This document shows positions 55,251 through 64,000 of a stretch of 64,000 nucleotides of DNA, piece after piece (within the stretch, counting starts at the first letter, position 1; each line of letters opens with the position of its first letter). A program made the translations under genes and the position numbers. Location: contig OX597816.1 of NCBI GenBank assembly GCA_951406725.2, forward strand, positions 29,016,001 to 29,080,000. Reading direction: 5' to 3'. The stretch is from Octopus vulgaris (Eukaryota). The notes under the pieces are model-generated. The model was not told where the DNA came from. It did not search any database and saw nothing but the letters and a program-made list of their open reading frames with translations.

Positions 55251-55674
55251 ATAGGCACAGGAGTGGCTGTGTGGTAAGTAGCTTGCTAACCAGCCACATG
55301 GTTCCAGGTTCAGTCCCACTGTGTGTCATCTTGGGCAAGTGTCTTCTGCTGTAGCCTCGGACCGACCAATGCCCTGTGAGTGGATTTGGTAGACGGAAAC
55401 TGAAAGAAGCCCGTTGTATATATGTATTTATATATATATATGTGTGTATGTCTGTGTTTGTGTGTCTGCCTTTGTCCCCTTAGCATTGCTTGACAACCGA
55501 TGCTGGTCTGTTTACGTCCCCGTCACTTAGCGGTTCGGCAAAAGAGACCGATAGAATAAGTACTAGGCTTACAAAAGAATAAGTCCCGGGGTCGAGTTGC
55601 TCGATTTAAGGCGGTGCTCCAGGATGGCCGCAGTCAAATAACTGAAACAAGTAAAAGAGTAAAGAGTAAAGAGT
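55251..55674 (+). mobile_element. SINE family A
   Basis: Family consensus with (gtaaaga)n tail. Confidence 0.92.
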
Positions 55675-56204
55675 ATACATGCATACATTCATACCTACAT
55701 ACACACACACACTGGCTTAGTCATTATATATGTGTTAGGGGGCTGTAAGAATTTAAGTGTGTAGGGGAGGAATGTTTAATGATAAGGAATGAAGCACACC
55801 AGATGTATAAGTGCCAGTTCGTTTCAATGAATTTTAGACCACCAATCTAGCAGTCTAGAGGTTGGGGATGAGTGTTAGAGAGTGGTAAATATGGTTTTAA
55901 AAGATAATAAAATTCTCAGCCGATAGTCCTTCCAATACTGAATCTGATAAGGCAAGCGGTAGAGGGAAATTTAAGGTTCGAATGATTATAATGTCAGCAA
56001 ATGATATTAACATATCAAATTTTTGAAATATCAGTGAAAGCGTATGTTCAATGGGAATTAATGAATGAAAAATAAATTATTACTAGGTTTGTGTAAAATA
56101 AATTATAAATTCTCTAGGGATGAAATAATTATAGCAATAATGTATAGTAGATACGATAATTGATGAAAGAATAGTGGAATTCGATATTCTGCTATTCGTT
56201 TATT

Positions 56205-56436
56205 ATTTTACTTGTTTCAGTCACTTGACCGCGGCCATGCTGGAGCACCACCTTTAGTCGAAGAAATCGATTCCAAGACTTATTCTTTGGAAGCCTAGTA
56301 CTTATTTCATCGGACTCTATTGTCGAACCGTTAAGTTTTGGAGGCGTAAGACATACTAGCATCGGTTGTTAAGCGATGGCGGGGAGGGGGAAACATAGAC
56401 ACAGTCTCACACATACACACATATATACACATACAT

Positions 56437-56468
<32 letters not shown>

Positions 56469-56485
56469 ATACATACATGTATATA

Positions 56486-56548
<63 letters not shown>

Positions 56549-57673
56549 TAGCAGCATAGCCCGGCGTTGCCCGGGTATGTAAGAGCCCCTAGTAGGCAAC
56601 GACTAATCCCAATCTAGTCCTTTCCCTCTAGGGAACGAAGGCTCATGTGTAGGTTGCAATGTCTTCTCTTCACTCCCAAACAACTATCAAACAGCTATCG
56701 ATAATTCAACCCAGCCAATTCCTACCAGGAATAAATTACATTCGAGACTTTACTCCCAACACCGCCACTTCTGCTAATAGCTGCTGCAGCCTCAAGTTAT
56801 TCGAATACCTTTTTGTTTAAACTTTTTTTATAACTACCACCCCAAACGTTTTACCTTAAATTTTCGACGTACCCTAAGGGTCCTCGGACGCTGCTTGCAA
56901 ACTCTTGGTTTATTATAAACCGCTTTTTTCGTGTGCACCAATAAACCTTTTCTATTCGTTTGTTCAGTTTGGTCACTTTTGACTTTTTCGTTGTTGTCAC
57001 TCACATTGCTGCCTGCTTTTTTGCCGTTTTTGTACATTCTTATACATTTTGGAATACTTGCCCCCACGTGTTCCGAGAGTTAAAAAGGTCGAGTTGCGTC
57101 CCCTAGACAGTCTGTGGTTTGTGTTTAATACACAAATCGGTTTGCTATGTGTGCAACATATGATTTAATTAACCGATTTTTTCGAGTAATAAAGTAACCT
57201 ATTGGAATAAAAAGAGCCATAGAGCTCCTTGGAGCAGACATGATGCTCGCTGTAAATTTTTTAAAAAATTCCTGCCAATTTGTGAAAGATATTGTCGAAA
57301 ATATGTCATCTTGAATTTGAGCGCGATTTCCCAAAATGGCATGATTTTATCGATTTTTTCTGTTGGTAAGGTATTAATGGAAAACTAACGTCAGAATTAA
57401 GTTTCTCAGGGTAACATTAAGCTTCACCATGAATTTAGTGAAAATCGATTGCAAGTTGCGAAAACTACAACAGAAAATGTGTCGAGTTTATAATTTTTTT
57501 TCAGAACTGGGGAAAATTTTTTAAATTTTCGCTCCGTTAGTTTTGAATTATGACATTGAGCTATGTGTGTCAAGTTTTATCAGAATCGGTTGAAAGCCGT
57601 GGTCAGGGTGAGGGTACAACCTGACAGACACACAGACAGACAAACTGCCGTTTATATATATAGAGAGATATAA

Positions 57674-57706
<33 letters not shown>

Positions 57707-57869
57707 CGATTGGCTTCTTTCAGCATCCGTCTACCGAATCCACTCACAAGGCTTTAGTCGACCCCAAGCTAGAGTAGAAGACAATTTCTCAAGGTGCCAC
57801 GCAATGGGTCTGAACTCGGAACTATGTGGTTGGGAAACAACTTCTTAACACAGAGCTACCCCTAAACCT
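56205..57869 (-). mobile_element. SINE family A split by a Helitron inserted in its internal microsatellite
   Basis: SINE 3' half at 56205-56400 and 5' half at 57706-57869. Confidence 0.85.
56548..57668 (-). mobile_element. Non-autonomous Helitron
   Basis: Minus strand begins TCTCTCTATATATA and ends with hairpin cccgggcaacgccggg, then CTAG|T. Same 3' hairpin as 10808-10823 and 15577-15591. Confidence 0.88.
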
Positions 57870-58671
57870 ATGCTGACAAAAGAAATCTTATCAGTTAATT
57901 ACATATATTTTTTAAACATATTTTAGGTGTAAAGTAACTTGTAAGATATGTAAAGTGTGGAGAAAGAGTTGAGGGAGGATAATAAGGTATTTATTTTTAA
58001 AGTGAAATAAAGTGGAATACAATACAATAAAATAAATTGAGGTGAAATAAAATAGAATAAGATGACAAGGTAAATGCAATAATTTAACTAAGTGGTTTTA
58101 TGCGATTCTCTGAACACATAGAAGTGAGAATAAAGTGTTAGAAGGCTATATAAGTGGTAGCTGTGAGACGGCATTTGGAAATATCTAAAGGAAATATCCA
58201 AAAGTCTATAAACACGAGAAAAGAGGTATTAATGGTGTTTAGTTAATAACCATAATAATTATGCTGCAAGTGAATAGGTATTAGATTAATTATAAAATAG
58301 GTGAAGAGTAGAATATAAATTAAGGGTCGAAATAATAAATAGCTAAAAAGCAATATGATTGTAAGTTAAATATGCTAACTTAACTACGGGGGCTTATGTG
58401 ATGTCTAACCTACATATCAGCGAAATCAAAGGGAGTTGTCTTACTGCATTTAGGTTTAAGGTAATATTTATAGTTTTCGAAAAGTTCATGAATACACCAA
58501 GAGAAGACTTTGTGCTGCTTATCTAATAAGTGTGCAGAGTTATGAGAGGGACTTGTATAGATTCCGTCAAATATAACCCACGTGGGGTGTTTTGGCTTTG
58601 GTATGGAGGACTGAATCAATGATAGGAACCTCACCTATATCAAAATGTATCTAATACCTACATGTATTAGC

Positions 58672-58745
<74 letters not shown>

Positions 58746-59035
58746 TTGTGTGTGTATGCTTCTATACATACATCCCCTTAGCTCCTATGTCGAACATTTC
58801 ACTATACAGACTAGTCTCTATCCACCCTCACACGTTTCTGCTCCCAACTATGGTCACCTAAGAGCTTTGAAATATATCACCTTCACACAATAATGTACTC
58901 TTCTAAGGCCTCCCGAATCAAATCTGATTAACTTTCTATTCAAAGATGGAACTACTAACTTCGATTGTCCTTTGCCTGGGATTCTCCTTGAAGCTTCCCA
59001 CACGGAACTGCTGACTGACATTATTTTTTGATCTA

Positions 59036-59340
59036 GGGCAGGATCCTGAATGCTCTTTAGCCGAAGGACAAAAGGCCGAAGCCAAGAAACCGAACGGAGA
59101 CTATACTGAACGGACATAAAGCCGAACGGGTACAATGTAGAATGTTCCCATTGCAAAGAAGCTTATTTAAAAAGTGGTTTTATGTATCTATTTTTTCTAC
59201 ATTTTATTCTGTCAAATGTTCATATGAAGGAATAAAATGAGTATCATATATTTTAATTTTCCTATATCTTTTCTGCATCTTTTCCGTTCGGCTTCTTTTT
59301 TTCGGTTTCCTATTCTTCGACATGAGTGGATTTGGTGTGC
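59036..59340. mobile_element. Old MITE-like element with inverted subterminal repeats
   Basis: Repeated ccgaa units on the left (59061-59127) and ttcgg units on the right (59287-59320). Confidence 0.45.
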
Positions 59341-59559
59341 CGTCCGTGTACCATGTATATATTACATACTACTACTATTACTAACATTTACAAATTTCAA
59401 ATACTATAATCAACTCTGAAATCCGTCAAAATACCTTATGGTTATCAAATATGCAGAATGAATCAAAAATGAGTATTCTTTATGAAACCACTCCCCGACT
59501 GGTGAAGAACATTTGCTAACTCCAAAAAACTGTATGCCAGTTTCTAAAAGAAGAGACGG

Positions 59560-60546
59560 ATATTTTTGTTTGAGCAAAAATTCTCTTAGTTCTACAAAAA
59601 TACCCATACAACAAGTCAAGACAATCCAAAAAAGAGGAAAACAGGAACAAGTCATACCATTTATAATGACGCACAACCCATGTCACCAGAGTATCTTCAA
59701 CATTGCCAAAGCAAACCAACTAATCATTGCACAAAGTAATGAATTATAAGATATAATCACAACTAGTGCTATGGTTCTTAGTAAAAGACAGCCTATAGGC
59801 GTAGGATTGGCTGTGTGGTAAGTAGCTTGCTTACGAACCACATGGTTCCCGGTTCAGTCCCACTGCGTGGCACCTTGGGCAAGTGTCTTCTACAATAGCC
59901 TTGGGCCGACCAAAACCTTGTGAGTGGATTTGGTAGACGGAAACTGAAAAAGCCCGTCGTATATATGTATATATATATATGTATGTGTGTGTATATGTTT
60001 GTGTGTCTGTGTTTGTCCCCCCAAATGCTGGTGTGTTTACATCCCCGTAAGTTAGCGGTTTAGCAAAAGAGACCGATAGAATAAGTCCTGGGGTTGATTT
60101 GCTCGACTAAAGGCGGTGCTCCAGCATGGCTACAGTCACATGACTGAAACAAGTAAAAGAGAGTAAAAGAAAGAGAGTAAAAACTTAAAAAGAATATTAA
60201 CAAAGGCAAATTTTGACCTTAGCAACAAAGACCAATCATTCACTGTTTCTAAATGCAATGCTAGCCGATGTGCCAATGCCATTTCATCAATACCGTCCAA
60301 TATATAAACACAAAAACCCGAAAAGTATTCGCAAACGCTAATATGAAATGTAAATGCAGAAATGTCATTTACTGCAGCAAATGCCCAAAGTGTGAAGAAC
60401 TAAATGTGGGTCAGACTGGAAAAGCACTATCAAAACGTTCATGTGTGCACCGAAAGGAAATTAGAGACTCAGATGTCCGTATTATTCGTTTGAATAACCA
60501 TCTAGCAACATCTGGCTGGAAAATATTTATAATATTTCCATTCTAG
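59560..60546 (+). pseudogene. Penelope-like linker plus GIY-YIG remnant, split by a SINE
   Basis: IPFIMTHNP...SKRQP|KNLKRILTKA...NVIYCSKCPKCEELNVGQTGKALSKR..HRKEIR. The frame is restored when the SINE and one TA are removed. Confidence 0.85.
59796..60177 (+). mobile_element. SINE family A with apparent TA duplication
   Basis: Family consensus, flanked by TA at 59794-59795 and 60178-60179. Confidence 0.92.
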
Positions 60547-60675
60547 AAAACTCAGAGAAAAGGACTAAAGGTGCCTATGTTGACGATAGCAGGAAAATAA
60601 TAGCCTAGTCAAGAGAAATGTCAGTTAAAATAATCTTATTTTAGGGTTGAAAGTTCTATTACCACAGCTACCACC

Positions 60676-60707
<32 letters not shown>

Positions 60708-61252
60708 CAACGATAATAAAGATGATACTGGTGATGATAATTGAAATGTACAAATTCATAGGGAATATTTACAAAATTTCTAAAAATAGTCCAACGATTG
60801 CTGCTTTGGCCAGGGTCAAAATACAGGTCTCTTGACATGTTCAACAAACCGTGACGCCTAAACCAAATACCAATCAACTAAAGTAATTTAATAAAACCAC
60901 ACACAGATTGGTCAGAGTACAGTTTGCAAAAATTAACATTCTAGAGCCTGTACGTGTGTATATAAGGCGCACAGTTTAGCTATCTCACTAAAGTTGTAAA
61001 CTGTAAAACATAACTACGACCACTACTACATGAACCTGAAAATTGCTTAGTTTAAGGTATGAAAGTAATAGGTCAATCAGAATGGACATCTTACATTCTA
61101 TCATTTCATTATATTATATTATATTATATTATATTATATTATTATAAGATTGTAAATATAAAGTGAAAAACAAAGTTGGAATTTCTTTGAGTAATATATT
61201 CTTCTATACAAAATCATACACATCAGTGTATATCTATCTATTTATCTATTTA

Positions 61253-61345
<93 letters not shown>

Positions 61346-62148
61346 ACAATTTAAGAAATAAAACATATGCATACGTACATATATGTACATACCTACATCT
61401 ATATGTATATATAAATGCATATATGGGTACAGGACACCCCAAAAAAAACGTAAACATAAAAACAAAACAAGCAAACGGACATTTTTTAACAGCGAAAAAA
61501 CAGAGTACAAGACATACTACACAAGGAACATTCCCCTTCTTCAGCTGCCCCTGTTTCGACTTATTGCGTGTTTCATATATATATATGTATGTATATACAG
61601 GCATACCTCTGATTGTTGGTTTTCAAAAATAATATATGGAAACAAAATCCCGTTAAGTCATTTTTGACGACTTTACTATTCTCCGCCACGAATATGGGAA
61701 TCGTAAACTCAATAGAAGACAGTTAAAAGCACATAAAATCATGTTACTGTACAACAGATAAGAGTAAAAGTATATAAAATCATATTAAAATACGTACAGT
61801 AAATGTTAGGATACACACCATAAAGTAGTGTAGCTTATTGAACGATTCGAACAATGACAGCCAGCTATTGATACTGACGATCCACAACCATCTACATCCG
61901 CGATGTAAACCACCATATTGCATGCATGCATCGGTAAATTTAAAATAATTAGGTTAACTATTGCAAAATAATAATAATGATTACTGAATTTACTTTTTAA
62001 GCTTATAAAAGGCTTTTATTTTACCATTTCTTATTGCAAACCGCATTCATAAATAAAGCGTCCGGGATGTACGCTAAACACCGCCAAATTGTGTTCGTAA
62101 ATATAGATTGCATTTTTTCGTTACTATACTGTATCAAAAAATAAAAAT

Positions 62149-62188
<40 letters not shown>

Positions 62189-62839
62189 GAAATTTTGTGA
62201 ACTCTGGTTTATACTGGCATGCATAATCTTTTACTAAATCACTCCCCTCTGTGATTGGCATTCCGGTTATGCTCCCTTAGTTCTTTTATATTCTCGACGA
62301 TGAGTTCGTAAATATATTGCCAACCTAAATATGTTAATACTATCCTCGATCTATTGCAACATTGGATCTATTGCAACATAAATTCCTTCTAATTGAGTGC
62401 AACGCAAACGTTAAGTTCTCAAAGATATATTAGTTGATTTAACTAAATGTTACTTACAATCCTCAGAGACTTTATTCATCAATGAAAAAACAAAATATTG
62501 ATACGATTCAAACGGACGCTTTTCTTTCTGATTATTTGCAATCCATCTCCCAATGCAGCATAATGCGAGAATCTTTGTATTACAGTCAATACAGCTGTGA
62601 GTTTCATGAGTTTTACGAATCGTATCGCAATTTACTGAACGGAGACTGATGCAGTTGGTCAGTTCAGAAATAGGCTATTCAGAGGCATATCGGGCTTTGT
62701 TATGTCCTTTTTCAAAGGTTTTCAAGGATGCGATCTCAGGATTTCATTAGTTAAATTATAGGAATCGATGTTTACATTAATTTGATCTGGTTATAAGCGT
62801 TTGCAGAATCTCACTTGTTACCAATCTCATATTCTATAA

Positions 62840-63229
62840 AGGTGGAGGCGCAATGGCCCAGTGGTTAGGGTAGCGGACTCGCGGTCGTAGGATCGCAGTT
62901 TCGATTCCCAGACCGGGCGTTGTGAGTGTTTATTGAACGAAAACACCTAAAGCTTCACGAGGCTCCGGCAGGGGATGGTGGTGATCCCTGCTGTACTCTT
63001 TCACCACAACTTTCTCTCACTCTTACTTCCTGTTTCTGTTGTACCTGTATTTCAAAGGGCCGGCCTTGTCACTCTCTGTTTCACGCTGAATATCCCCGAG
63101 AACTACGTTAAGGGTACACGTGTCTGTGGAGTGCTCAGCCACTTACACGTTAATTTCACGAGCAGGCTGTTCCGTTGATCGGATCAACCGGAACTCTCGT
63201 CGTCGTAACCGACGGAGTGCTTCCATCCA
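62840..63229 (+). mobile_element. tRNA-derived SINE family B with TSD
   Basis: Near-identical to 16915-17307; 13-bp TSD tcatattctataa (62827-62839 / 63230-63242). Confidence 0.93.
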
Positions 63230-64000
63230 TCATATTCTATAATATTCTCCATTTGCAACCAGAAGATAAATATATGCTAATGCATAGAATCATATTCTAG
63301 GCAATGCATTTTGAAATTCAATTAGCTGTTCAAGTTTAGTTAAGCTATTCACACGATGTAAACTACAGCATGCCTAACGTCAGTGGAGTTTATTCATTTA
63401 TGTAATTAGTGGCCTTTTATCAATTAGTGATCAATATACTTAAAACAATATCAATACACTTAACCATTTTTCTCTAAAAGCCCAGTAGTATTGGTTTATA
63501 TGGTCTTATATTAAGGGAAAGGAAAAATAAATTTTACAGAATATATACGGGAAAACTAAACGATTGTGCATAGTTTAGAAACTCTTTCACCAAGGTTCCA
63601 TTTTATTCCAAATTAATATATCTAAATTCTGTATACACAATTTCTAGCTTGTAAATAGGAACCATGGAAATGTGACATTTACTTCATTATAAATTTTCTA
63701 AACTTTCTGTTGCATTTTCTGAATCTAAACCTAAAATGCATTGCAAAGCTAAGTAATAATATTTGTGCACATATCACTTGCTGAAGATTAACTACTTAAG
63801 TGAAAAAGGTCAAGTAATGACTTCATAGCCCTCCTCTTGTATATACTATATAGGAAATTATGAAAGATTACAATATATATTATATGCTATATGATATAAC
63901 TATCGCATATATGAAGCACGGTAGGGTATTCAAAGAATATTTTATATCGGAAATTATATCGCACCGTACATTTTATTTTCACCCAAACATTTTCAAACAA

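Overview
AT-rich eukaryotic DNA, crowded with microsatellites and made almost entirely of transposon remnants. The SINE families and (TA)n/(TATC)n density point to an octopus/cephalopod genome (inference). No complete host gene is evident; there are only a few candidate exons, the best a 192-bp phase 1-1 exon at 39423-39614 (-). Recognisable elements: Tc1 and mariner transposons, a Helitron PIF1-helicase remnant plus non-autonomous Helitrons, Tx1/L1, RTE and RTE-X LINEs, Penelope-like (GIY-YIG) remnants, a MITE with 8-bp TSD, and three tRNA-derived SINE families. The main unannotated signal is a set of minimal type I hammerhead-ribozyme motifs from several unrelated repeat families, read by eye. 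Each has a palindromic stem III. Several have a long or branched stem II closed by a non-canonical first pair, and most lie next to (TA)n tracts or Penelope remnants. Most ORF-track entries are microsatellite artefacts.
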